Below, piece after piece: positions 41,750-53,923 of a stretch of DNA of 64,000 nucleotides. The stretch is taken from the NCBI GenBank assembly GCA_044892525.1, contig CM097885.1, positions 235,414,001-235,478,000 on the forward strand. The letters are read 5' to 3'. The position numbers and the translations under genes were made by a program. The notes under the pieces are model-generated. The model was given only the letters and a program-made list of their open reading frames with translations. It made no database searches and had not been told where the DNA came from. Position 1 is the first letter of the stretch. Each line of letters begins with the position of its first letter. Source of the stretch: Schmidtea polychroa. Lineage: Eukaryota.

Positions 41750-42450
41750 CCTATTTAGCGACACCAGTCAGAGAGATATATCTGCTAAATTGATCAATAA
41801 TTGCGATTATATATCTTTTCTTTCTGAATGTTTCCTGTAATGGGCCACATATATCAATGTACATTGTACACTTTCTTCCACGGTTCCTTAGCTATCAGTT
41901 TTATTGTCTCTTCCTTCACCTTTGTTGTCACAACTTTTGTTCTTTGGCATGTGTTGTTGTTATGTTCGCAGCCGCCGAATGTATTTATGTTTATATATGA
42001 TAGGAATTCTTTATCATTTCTTGTCTGTTGTCTAGGTATTCATATCTTAGCCTCTATAGTTTTCACCATTTTGTCTACCAGTATAAATTTTCAACTTGAA
42101 CCCTGTGCTATTTCTTTTTTTATTTGTTCTATTTCTGTATTATCTTTTTGTCACTTACAATCTTCAGATTTTTCCATCGTGTTTATTCTTCGGGTTTTCA
42201 TTCTTTCCACTTTTGCGTCTTCGTATGCCATTAAACATTGTGTGCATGTTCTACATGTACTCCTTGTCAACATATCTGAATATGCATGATTCGTACCTAT
42301 TCTAGTTAATCCATGTCTGAAATTGCGTTGTTATTGTTAAACGTGATAGCTTTATAGTCCGTTCTCAAAATGAACTATTTTCCATATAAATAATAATTGA
42401 AGTGTTGACAAAAATAATAGATTGTCAGCAACTTTTTTCTTGTGTAATAT
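41750..42450 (-). pseudogene. Decayed Gypsy RNase H/integrase fragment
   Basis: Minus strand reads CQRTKV...KEPWKKVY, DICGPL and YIIAIIDQFSRYISL. Confidence 0.75.
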
Positions 42451-45400
42451 AAGGTTGTATTTCATAATTTAATAACATTAGGCATTTATGAACTATTCCT
42501 CCCAAATGAAAAATTATATTCTACGATATGAACCTCTATTTTATGATTGACTTAGGGGATTTGCAGACTGTATTCTAACCATGATGTATGGACATAATTT
42601 GACATTTAAGGAGTTTATAATTAATTGAGTCTATTCGTTTCATTATTTACACTTGTCGAACTTCTTTATGAGTATTATTACGGTTAATTCCGAGAAAGAT
42701 CTTTACGCTGATACGAAAATTTATTTATTAATGAGGTCCCTGTTATTATGTTGAGTCGAAACATACCGTTGTCGACCTATAATGAATAGTTGGAGCCATA
42801 ACGGAGGGGTTTTATCGACACAACTCCATGGCAGAACCATGAAGTGGACGACCTCCGATGACCGAACACAAAAAAAATTATAATAGATATAATGCATGGC
42901 TGCGTGCTACTGATTTTAAAGTATAGTTGTATAGTTGAACGCAGGACTGAATAGAGACGCAGATACATCAATACGTCGCTGAACACTCCTACGTTCAATA
43001 CAAAAATAAAGAGATAATAAAGAGATAATTCGTGACATAAATTATAATGAGGTTATTAACATCAACATAATATAAAATACCAAAAGCTTACTGTCGAATA
43101 GTTTTTCAGAATAAATTTACTGGCATAAAGAGTGTTTTGTGACTGAAATGCGTTGGTATATATACCTATTTTTGTGTGTGCAAGTACACGTGTATGTATT
43201 GATGCATTAAAACAAACCCGAATTCTTTTTATTCTAGAATTTTCTATTTTTGATATTTTTAATGCCATAATTTTTGTTTTTATTTTCTAATTATTTTTTG
43301 CTAAATTTACCTCCATGATGGATTTGGAACGATTTCAGAACATTCCATATTAATTTAAAATTAATTTTTATTTTAATGATGTTTTTCTTAATTTCCTTTT
43401 TCAAATTTTTATTTTTATAACTAATTTTTTTATTTTCGTTAACTTTTATTGATCTATATGGCTTTTATGATGGATGTCGCCATTCTTATGAAGTGTTCTG
43501 GAATTTTTCTAGAATTTTTAATGTTTTACTATCTTTCTAAGCTATTCGAGTCTGTTTTTTGTAATTTTGTGTTTCTTTGTTATATTTGAGTTAGTTTTCT
43601 TGCAATACTTCTCGCATTTGTATCATTTTATTTAATTTATGTGTTTATATTTTTGCTGTTTTCCTCTTAATAAATATTGTTTATTTGATGTATTTTTATA
43701 TTTAAATAAACTTATTGCTATTTGCGTGCTATGTACCAACACACCTCAGTCACAATTTAGAGTTTTGGGTCTAGAAATCAGTTCTAGTCCAACAATAGTC
43801 TGCGGAGAAGTAGTATACCATGTGTAGTTAGTTGGTTGAAATAATCATAGTCTTGGTCACACTGCATTTACTTACTTCAATTGTATTATCTGCAATAAAC
43901 GCCATTTTATCATCAACTTCTTAATAATACCAAGAGTTCAATTCAAGAATTTTAAGGGCTTTAAGAAAAAAGAAAAATCTCTAAAAAGTATGGACACCTG
44001 CTGTTTTTGGAGTAAGGACACTGACAAAATAATAGTAAATTCAAAGTAGGAAACTCAGAAATTGTTATCTGATGAAATTACATGCATTTTTGAATAAACT
44101 GATATTAAAGAAATACTCAACCCGTATATTTCTAAAGGGAAAGAATAAGAGAATAATGAATATTCGTTGAATCAGTTTATTTTATATAAGTTAGATTGAC
44201 AAAAAATTAATTTTTGTTGATTATTATACGAGATTTATTTATCTCATCTGACAGTAGTTTAGGATTAGTCATCGGTAGTATATGTTGATTAGTAATTTTT
44301 ACTGTGGTTCGTTGTTACAAATGATTACTTCTGTAATTAAATATGGAAGCGAACTATTTTTATGGTGCAATATAGTAAGGGATTTTATAAATAGGGTTTT
44401 CGACTGATAAATAGGTCTCAGCAAAAAAATTAATTTGGTTTCTAAGAAAAATAGGGACAAAAGTAATTTATAAAACTTTTATACTATTTGAATCATAATT
44501 AATGAGGACGCTTAAGAAATTTTTATGTATGTTTAAATGACTAGCCTGAGATAGGGAAAAAAGGATATATATAAATTCAATAAGTTTGAAACAAATTATG
44601 TTTGTGAAAAGGTATAATTTTCTTACAATTTTAATTAGAGACTGTAAAGTAAATTAGATACATTACATCAATAGTTCAAGGGACCATAGGAAGTGAGAAC
44701 ACTTTTTACTAACGTTATTCATTCAACGGATGTCGAGGAATAGGGAAAATTTTATAATCGATCACATTATCCTTAAGCATATTTTTATTTATTTCATGTT
44801 ACTAAAATAACAAAATTAATTATTTCTTTTATTGAATTATTTTAATTAACCTATTATTTACTACCTTTAAACTAGTCAAATTTAAACTACTTATAAAATA
44901 AGTTAACTCGTTTTTCTTTTTTATTTCTGTTCCCTATATTAAAGCTGCCTCTTATTCATTTCTATTACAATAGAAAGAGAAATATTAACCGAAAAAGGAT
45001 ACTAATATTTAAATTATATAATGATTATTAACATCTATCTATTCAATTATTTGAATAATTAAATGTTTGCTTTTGATTTTATAGATTATCAATGGCTAAC
45101 AAAGTCCACTCAAATTAAATTAACATACTCGTAATAAAAATAGATAAAACATTATTAATTCATTAAAAAATAACTAAATCAAATTAATTCAAAATATATT
45201 CATTAAATGCTCCAATTCTTGATGTTGTAATTTACCTAAATAAAATAATTAAAATCATAACAAATATTTGTTTACTTAAATAACAGAAATAGAGTTCAGT
45301 TATTTAAAAATAGAATCAGATATCATAGAGATTCCTACTAGGCTCATCATTAGAGCTATTTCTTATCAAATAAAAATAAAAAGCTCACCTAAAGTCTTCG

Positions 45401-47562
45401 TTTCCCCAATTGATTCGCTGTTGAATGACTGATCTAAAATTAACAATATCAATAAACTTAAAAGTATGATTAATATTATTTTTCATTTAAAAATATTCAG
45501 ATAAACCGACTCATCAAATCCCTTTATGACTGGGGCGGTAAAGGTCATCATATTAATGAAATAATTATATTTCAATCAAAATGAAACTTACAAATTTATG
45601 AAAATAAAATCAAGTTTTCAATTTTCGTCATTTGAATTTGCATCTATAAAAAATATATAATAAAAATAGATAAAATTTTCGGTATAAAATTATAACGAAA
45701 AGTTCTCATTAAAAGAAATTGTGCATCATAATTCAAATCAGACGGCACTTCCAAAATTAATCATAATTTAAATAAAAACTTAAAATAAAACTCAACATAC
45801 TTAGAATTTCAAGATTCATGTTTTAAACGATTTCATTAGACATAGTAAAATCGATAGTTTAAAAGCATAATTTGTATTTCATATTAGTTATTTAAACAAA
45901 ATTTGAAATATTTTAAATATAATTTATGACTTTTTTATTATTACTTTTTTCTAGAAAGATTTTCATGCAAATATGTGATAATTATTTGGTTTAATAGATT
46001 TTTCTTTTAATATTGAAAGCCATATTTTAATCTAATAACCAATTTAAAATGAAGAGATGAAATTTTCTACAACTTAGCTTTATTCATATACATTTTTCTT
46101 ATAATTAATTTTATTGTATATATTTATAATTAACACAATTGTTGGCATTAAGTCATTATGGTCATTTAATTTTAAATATTGTTTAGATTTATAAAATAAA
46201 AGGGAAATATGTTGTCTATCTGTTGCTACGCCTCTCGATCAATTCTTTTTTGGTACAACGGCAATGTCTGAACCATCACCAATTGACTCCACCCATATGA
46301 TGTGGCGTATATGTAATAATCAGCCATAAAAAATCGACGAATTCTACAGGATAACGTCCATTTTGGAAGTTTGTGGCAGCTTGTATAGTCACTGCTTTCT
46401 TTCAATACTTCGAAAATTTCACTTATTACTAATTTCAAATCAATTCACTTTATTTTCCACTGACTTTTTAATCATTAAATATTTCCCCACCGACCTTTAG
46501 ATTACGCCGGGCTTACCAAAATTTGAGTTAGTTTTAAATGATTCTGTGGGATATTTGAGAATCTAACTCCACGTGCTGTTGATCAAAGAACTGGCTCCAC
46601 GATAGTAACTTTTATTGATATTACACTTTACAAACTGAAGTTTTAATATTTTTACTTGATCTATGGGCAGGTAACCATATGGAAGACCATCTAGAGTAAG
46701 TTGACTAAACGAATTTGATATTACTCAAAAGAACTTTTCTTTTCTTTGATGCTTTTGGTTTTGCATTAATTTCAATTACTTCACTTCTTTCACTTTATTT
46801 ATTTTTTGTCTCAGACCAGAAAATTGACCAGCGATCTACCTTTATCGCTCATTTCTATAATTTTATTCACGGATCTTTTCAGTGATTTTTACTGATTGAG
46901 TAAGTCTTTTGCTTTTGCAGAAATGCTATCATTTGATTTCGATGGAGACTTGCCTAATTTCGATTAATATTGGATCTAAAGTCTAACTACTTGAGACAGA
47001 ATGTTTTGTTAAATACTCTAATTGTATAATGCCACAAGATTTCCTTTTACATATAAATACGAGTGTTGGGCTAAAACGTGGAGTTTCGAAAACTGGAGCG
47101 AATAGAAAAGTAATCCTTGAAAAATAAACGAAATAAAATAAAAATATAAAGTACCATCAAATTCTCGCTAATAAATCAAAAAGGAACAATAAAATATCAA
47201 TAAGAGAATAAGAATAAGTAAAACAAACTAAATAAAACCCAATAAACCCCTTGAGATTTAGAAATAAAGCGATTTAGGACCCAGCAGATGAAATAGAATA
47301 AAATAAGTAAAAAAGTGACAACAAATAAAAGAGAAATTTAAGAAATAAATAAAAAATAAAACTATCTTTAAGTCTAATTAAAACAAAAAATTATATTACA
47401 ATAAAGTAGCAATAAATCCACAGGAAAAATAGGAGGAAAATAATAAAAATAAGAAAATAAATAAAATAATAATAGGAAATAAGTTAAGTCATTAAAATCT
47501 AATATATTATAATAAAAAACATAAAAATAATAATAAATAGTAAAAATACAAACAAGTCGTGT

Positions 47563-47590
47563 CCTGATTGGACGAAAAATAATATATAAG
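47563..47590 (+). promoter_or_regulatory. Candidate LTR promoter: inverted CCAAT (ATTGG 47567-47571) and TATATAAG (47583-47590)
   Basis: Motifs are seen directly after an A-rich U3-like tract. Function is inferred. Confidence 0.35.
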
Positions 47591-49996
47591 GAACGGAAAA
47601 TATCTGTAGATTACCACTTTTAAAAAATTTTTCTACAGGTAAACTTCGGTTCGTTATATACTACCACTTTTAAAAAATTTTTCTACAGACTTGACAGATT
47701 TCGGAACCTTTAATTATCCTACAGCGAACTAGTTCAGAGATTACCAAACCAAACCGAGGAAGAAATATATAGAGGCCAAACTACAAATCCATTCGGGAAA
47801 AATTTTAAATTCAACCGATTTAACTTCAGTTTTCGAAACTCAAGGTATGCCTCGACAGTTGTTTTATTTATGGTTATTAGTTTAATTTAGTTAATCATTA
47901 TAAATATAATAAAACAATTTCTTATAATAAATTTATTTAAATGAAAAGTTGCCTTTCTTCATGGTACCGACGACTGTACCATCTGAGAGCTCCCAGTATG
48001 ATGTGGACGAGTTGGAATTGCACTGCAGTAGAGGACACCACCGTGGAAAGGTTGGTATGCATAAGAAATCACGAACATGCTGAAAAGAGAATGTGATATT
48101 TGTAGAGAGTGATATTTGTCATATTAGAGATCCACCAAGGAGACGATGAGGTTTCGATCATGTAGGAGGAGCAACATCATACTCGGAGATCCAAATGATA
48201 TGGTCGCCGGGTAAATTTTATTTATGCATTTTCTATCATTCAGTTTGATTATTATATTGTTGATTTGATTGAATGGAAAAGAGTTGATTGGTCCCTCATG
48301 ACGGTGCAAGGAGGTGGCAGCAATGAATGCCTTCTTGGGTGTGTCGTGAGGGGTGAAGAAACTCAGTAGGTGGAACATCCAGTTAATAAATGACCGTTCC
48401 TTCATCAAGCGCGATCGTCTGTAGAGCGTACCATCGGTTCATTTAGTTAAATCGAGATTTCCAGTAGATGTAGAGATGATTTGAATTCCGAATGCAGACA
48501 ATTCAGAGCGAGATAGGCAGTGACGTTCGTACAGATTCGATGATAATCCACATAGATAGGAGGAAAATTCTTTTCGTGATATTCAGCCGGTCAATCGACG
48601 TAGTTAGGAAAGAACGGTGTCGACCATAGATTGCAAGTAAATCCAACGATTTTTCGGTGACGCTCTGCGTTTGCAAGGTTCTGTCTGATTTGTGCCGTCA
48701 TGATGTTAGCGGCTACATCCATTGTCGATGTACTCTTACGATTTGATTGTCGTCCTTGAGTCACCAATGCCAGTGATAAAGAATCTCTCGCTGACAGGGA
48801 AGTAAACATCTTGTAGTGAAATTATCAAAATTCTTACTTCGAGCCCGCAGACAGTAGTTGTCAACGATAACGAAATCAGTTGATTTGCATTAGCCTGCGT
48901 AGAGTTAGTCGACAGGAGATATCTGATAACGTCCTGGAGAAGGAGATAACATGTTAACTTTTCTGGGAAAATGTCAAATGAATAAGCTGATAGTCATTGA
49001 TCTGAATTAATATCGTAAAAGGAAATTAGATGATATTGTTGAGCTTACCCAATAATCTATGAAGTTGTCGCCCACTCAGATTGATTAATCTGATTTTTCG
49101 ATTCATCTACGGCTGCTTATTTGAGGAATCTATTACGCAACCGCTAATATTCCGACTTGAGCATGCACATACACACGCACCACAGTCAAATATGCATAGG
49201 GCAGTGTAAAAGGAAATCAACGATTTTGGTGATGTAATAGCGGCATGATGGTATAAATTTCTCTAGAATAGCGAGATAATAGGATGAAGTAAGGGGATGG
49301 ATTTCCCCTACACAACTCGATATACAATAATTTATCATAACAGCATAAACCATCATTCGCGGAGATAGCCAACATACAGTTACAGATACCACCAGGAGTA
49401 ATGACACACCTACACAGTCAATCATAATGCATAATCACAAGTAAACGTTTTCCATGACGACGATTTTCGACGCGTTATTGGAATTAATTAGATGTAGATT
49501 AGAGCTGAATTTTCAACTGATTACACGATCAATTCCATAATTTTGAACGAGATAAAAACATAAATAATCTATTCCGTCGCCGTGAATTATTTCTCTGTAA
49601 TGTTAGGCAGGCCTACCTCGACGAATTGCCATAATGATATCGGCAAAAATTCTTAATTAAAATATACTAATGGGAACAAGGTTGAAGGGGATAAAGTAAA
49701 AGACGGGTTTTACCTGGGAATGGCCCATCCGAAATTAAACTCAAAGGGCGAGGTTTGTGTAGAAAGAATTTTTGGTATACGAATCCCCGTTTCCTTTTCT
49801 TAAATTACACGAATCAGGTGAAGAGATTTGAATGTTTGCAACTGAATGACTGCGTATAGAGATGGATGAAGAAGTGTGTGGGTCATCGTTGGGTGGTATG
49901 TTTGATCAAACTCCAAAACCATGCCCAAAAATTTGATTTTTCTTCACACTGATAGAGGTTTCTTCGAGTAAATATAAACAATGATTGATTTTCTAG

Positions 49997-50758
49997 ATGG
50001 CTACATCGTCCAACAACGCCAAAGAACTTCGCCCGTGTTTTTCTTGTGCGGACAAGAACGCGGATATCGCCCAACTCCACTTATATATCGGGGCTCTCAA
50101 AAAGAGAATTGATCTCTATGAAGGAACGTGGTTCTCCCCGCCACAAATGAAAGAGGAACGCAAGAAAATTCTCCGATTAGAGCATTGCAGGGACAGCCTG
50201 CTAGAGGAAAGCCGTTGTCAGCGGCTCACCATCAAAGCACAGTCAGAAGCCCTCCATAAGGTATATACGGAGGCAGAATTGGCTAAGCGGGTGCGAGAAT
50301 TCCCCGTTCTGGATGGGACGAATGTCTTTCCTCGTCACCACCCGTCTCCTACATCTTCCGGCTCGCACTGCCAGGGGCACGGCTCACAACTGCCGCCCAT
50401 TCCACCCCCGGTGTTGTCATGTCACCAGCCAAAGATAGGTGGACCTACTGATCCCATCGTAGCTCCAATCTTGGTAGCACCAATCGGTACCACGAACACC
50501 GAAAAACCCCCGACTACCCGCAAACGGAAACGGCCAACTCGAGCCGAGAAGAACCAAAAACGCCGAGATGCGATGACAGCACTCGAGACGTCCTTATCGG
50601 CGGCGAAATCAAAAATCCAAGAGATAACGTCCTCCCATTCAATCCCCTCAAAGGAAGTCTTCCGCATTGTTCCAGCTGAGGGCATCAAATACATTGTAGA
50701 TAGCCGATTACCGGTCGACATAGATGAGATACTGGCCGATGGGGATAACTTTGTTTAA
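49997..50758 (+). CDS. Orphan accessory protein, 253 aa (CxxC, coiled coil, Pro-rich linker, basic NLS-like RKRKR)
   Basis: Long intact GC-richer ORF, immediately preceded by the acceptor ttttctag|ATG and followed by an AATAAA signal near 50889. Confidence 0.75.
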   Translation: MATSSNNAKELRPCFSCADKNADIAQLHLYIGALKKRIDLYEGTWFSPPQMKEERKKILRLEHCRDSLLEESRCQRLTIKAQSEALHKVYTEAELAKRVREFPVLDGTNVFPRHHPSPTSSGSHCQGHGSQLPPIPPPVLSCHQPKIGGPTDPIVAPILVAPIGTTNTEKPPTTRKRKRPTRAEKNQKRRDAMTALETSLSAAKSKIQEITSSHSIPSKEVFRIVPAEGIKYIVDSRLPVDIDEILADGDNFV

Positions 50759-51758
50759 TGTGATGTAAAATTGAGCTTGATTTCCTCTTCATTGAGTTGT
50801 AAATTATCTCGTGAATGTTGCTAATGTTATATCTTTTTGACTGTTGTTGATCTGTTAGTAGTAATGATATTTTTATCGTTTCAGTGTCAATAAAATTTTC
50901 TGTTTGATTTTAGTTTTGTCGAGCTTTCATATATTTGTTTGTGCAATTAGAGTAGATGAGATAATGCTGCGGAATGAAGATAATTAAGGTTGAAGGTTGT
51001 TCCTTTGGACCAGGATCAGACCGAGTGACACGCATGTATATGGGTAAGTCCTTCTAAGGCACCGTGGGACCCGAACTGAGAAAGGGTTAGGAGTAGTCCT
51101 AAGGCAGGGGCTCACCTGCTAACCTTTTCCGACCCGTGTGAGCAGCACCAACATGGAACATCACCATGGGCTCATATGTGGGAATATGCAATCAATCATT
51201 TGGAGTATGTGTAGAAAATGTATAACGGAGCCATGATGCTTGATAGGTGTGATGGAAAGGCATGTATAATTTTTTTTTTCTTCTCCACATACGCCAACAT
51301 GATTTTTGGGGGCTCAGCCGGGATCTATATTGATTTGTTTGATTGTCTATTTTTGTGTTATGATGTGTTAGATTAACAATTTAATTAATTATGATAAAAA
51401 CGGAATCGGGGCTGAAATGAATTATAGTGCAATAAAATGATACGAACTGTCTGAGTTTGAAATAGAGCATGTGGTGAATGAAACGAACCTAAATGAGTTG
51501 GAATGAATGTGATGAAGTATGATGAGAAAAGAAAACGGGAATTGGTTATTGTGGTTAATTTTAACTGGTTAAAATAAAAGGGGGGGCGGAGAAAGTAAGT
51601 GATTAAAGCGAAAAGATGAAAGGGGAACTTCAAAGATCGAATAAAATACAAAAGTTAAAACACTAACGCACAGAAGTCAACGAATACTAAATACAAATAT
51701 AATAATATTATTTTTAATACCAGCAGGAACAAAATAATAACAACACATTCATTTAGAT

Positions 51759-52238
51759 ATGTCAGAAGCTAGACAACATCTACAACAGCTAAGCCGGTTC
51801 GTCGAAATAGAAAATGATTCAATAAAAACATTAAGAGAAAAACTGAAACAAATAGAACTGCTAGAACAACAAAGCCACAACGCACCGCTGATATCCAAAC
51901 AAAACTTTCTAACCGACAGATTAGGATCAACAAATACCGATACCGACTTGTCTATTCATTACCAATGGTTTCAGCAACGTCTCGACGACCCCGCTCTGAA
52001 CATCGAATATGTGAGGATACGCGAACGAGTCAAAACTCTGTCTCAGCGGATACGAACATCAATAGTAGAGAAAGCAGCGGCCTTGAGAACTTGTAACATT
52101 TGCAAGATGCGACCTGTCAAAATTCTGATTCTACCTTGTGGGCACCTTAGCCATTGTGACGAATGCGCCGCCGGTTTAATCCGTTGTTCTATGTGCACAT
52201 GTGTAATAAAAGAGAAGCACACCATCTACTTCAGTTAG
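51759..52238 (+). CDS. Coiled-coil plus C-terminal C3HC4 RING (IAP/MDM2-type) putative E3 ligase, 159 aa, no BIR
   Basis: CNIC-x11-PCGH-x3-CDEC-x6-CSMC followed by the hydrophobic tail IYFS-stop, the layout of IAP-type RINGs. Confidence 0.9.
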   Translation: MSEARQHLQQLSRFVEIENDSIKTLREKLKQIELLEQQSHNAPLISKQNFLTDRLGSTNTDTDLSIHYQWFQQRLDDPALNIEYVRIRERVKTLSQRIRTSIVEKAAALRTCNICKMRPVKILILPCGHLSHCDECAAGLIRCSMCTCVIKEKHTIYFS

Positions 52239-52821
52239 GTATGCGATCGTCGCTCGGTGAAGGAAACTGGATGATTAACAATTAGATTAAACATTTTTGA
52301 TATTTTTGTTCTGAATTAATTCGGTAATGTTTTATAATGATAGCATATATTATCTGTAATGTGGAGTAAATAACTAATAAATCCTTTCTGTGTATTCATT
52401 TCATTATACGAAGTTATAAATCGATTTGTGTTGTTATAATTTTCACCATGAAGAAAGGGCATTTTAAAAATTTAAATTGATTATTTAAAGTGGAACTAGT
52501 CCCATCATAGTGCTAAAGGGGGAATAAACCGAGCCACCTTCGGGAGGTACGATATTGGAACCATTTGGGAAGGGACAACCGATCACCCCGAGTAAGAGAT
52601 GTAAGGCGAGGTACCATCGCGAATATTGAAAAGTTTCTGCGGTATGGCTGATCACCATACCAATGTAGAAATGGATCAATGCGATCGTTTTGCGTTTTAA
52701 GCAAGGGGGGAAAGGGGAAACCTTCCAAAGCGGTACAGATTAAGTCGACAAATAAAAGTAAAAATAGGAAGATGACAGTATAGAATAAAGACAGAAAAGG
52801 AACGGAAGCATGCAGAGTTTA

Positions 52822-53265
52822 GAGACATTAAGGCCGAGCTGTTGAAAAGTCCAGCCGGTCAGGGAAATTGAAACTGAGCTGTGAAAAGTCCAGCCAGTCG
52901 GAGATATTAAGGCCGAGCTGTTGAAAAGTCCAGCCGGTCAGGAAAAATTAAAACTGAGCTGTGAAAAGCCCAGCCAGTCGGAGATATTAAGGCCGAGCTG
53001 TTGAAAAGTCCAGCCGGTCAGGAAAAATTAAAACTGAGCTGTGAAAAGTCCAGCCAGTCGGAGATATTAAGGCCGAGCTGTTGAAAAGTCCAGCCGGTCA
53101 GGAAAAATTAAAACTGAGCTGTGAAAAGTCCAGCCAGTTCGGAGATGAAGAAGATTGAGCTGTTGAATAGTGCCAGCCAGTCGTAAGATCGAGTTGTTGA
53201 ATAGTCCAACCGGTCAGGAGAAGAAGATTGAGCTGTTGAAAAGTGCCAGCCAGTCGTAAAGGCCT
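52822..53265 (+). repeat. Tandem array: four 80-bp units (two sub-repeats each) plus three diverged sub-repeats
   Basis: GAGATATTAAGGCC recurs at 52901, 52981 and 53061. The core GAGCTGT(T)GAA(A/T)AGT(G)CCAGCC(A/G)GTC occurs 11 times. Confidence 0.95.
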
Positions 53266-53923
53266 AAAGTAATAGTGAGATAGCATTCAAGCTACAAGTT
53301 GATAACATTTAAATTACTAGTGAGATGGAATATTAAAGCTAGCTAGAAGCAAAGTGAGTTTGAAATATGGTATTTGAATTTAGAAAGGATTAAACGAGCT
53401 CGTGGGAGGTAATAATGAAATTTTTTTTTCAGTGAGAAAGAGAAACTGAAAAGGAAAATGAATTAAAGAGATAATGAAAATAAAGAATAAGTGATGAGTA
53501 AAAGAGGAAGGTGATTAATTAATTAAAAGGGATCCCAGATAAGTAGACAAAGTTCTACAGAATTTTTTTTGGTTTAAACCGGTTAAACGAATTTTGTTTT
53601 GGTTACAGAGTAGAACCAAATAAGGGGAAACAGAGATGAAAGATTAAGTAAAATAGCGGAACCGCGTAAAAGGATTAAGAAAATATGGGAGGTAATAAGC
53701 AGTAACTGACAACGACCTATCGATATTATAAATGCTAACTATAGATAATTTATACGACTATATAGATAATTGTTACTACCCCAAATAGATAATTTAAAAT
53801 CGACGAAAAATATGGGTTGATGGGTAATTATATTCCGCGAAGAAGTGTATGAGGGGAAATGAAGAGAAGTATAACAGAGGCCCTAAAACGGTGTCTGTGC
53901 TTGAATGTGGCAAAAAGGAATGA

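Noticed and set aside
41828-42305. Hydrophobic 153-aa 'membrane protein' ORF
   Set aside because: It is the antisense of an A-rich decayed Gypsy integrase fragment.
46226-47020. Minus-strand coding-like remnants upstream of the candidate LTR
   Set aside because: There is no consistent frame or family motif, so I could not assign them to the giant element or to any TE class.
50422-50721. 99-aa minus-strand ORF
   Set aside because: It is antisense to the 253-aa ORF and has no independent start context or motif.
51076-51130. Hammerhead ribozyme in the three-way junction
   Set aside because: CTGAGA is not a full CUGANGA and no GAAA follows a stem II. Kept only as a generic structure candidate.
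52822-53265. CRISPR-like repeat-spacer array
   Set aside because: The intervening sequences repeat with an 80-bp period instead of being unique spacers. There are no cas genes and the context is eukaryotic.
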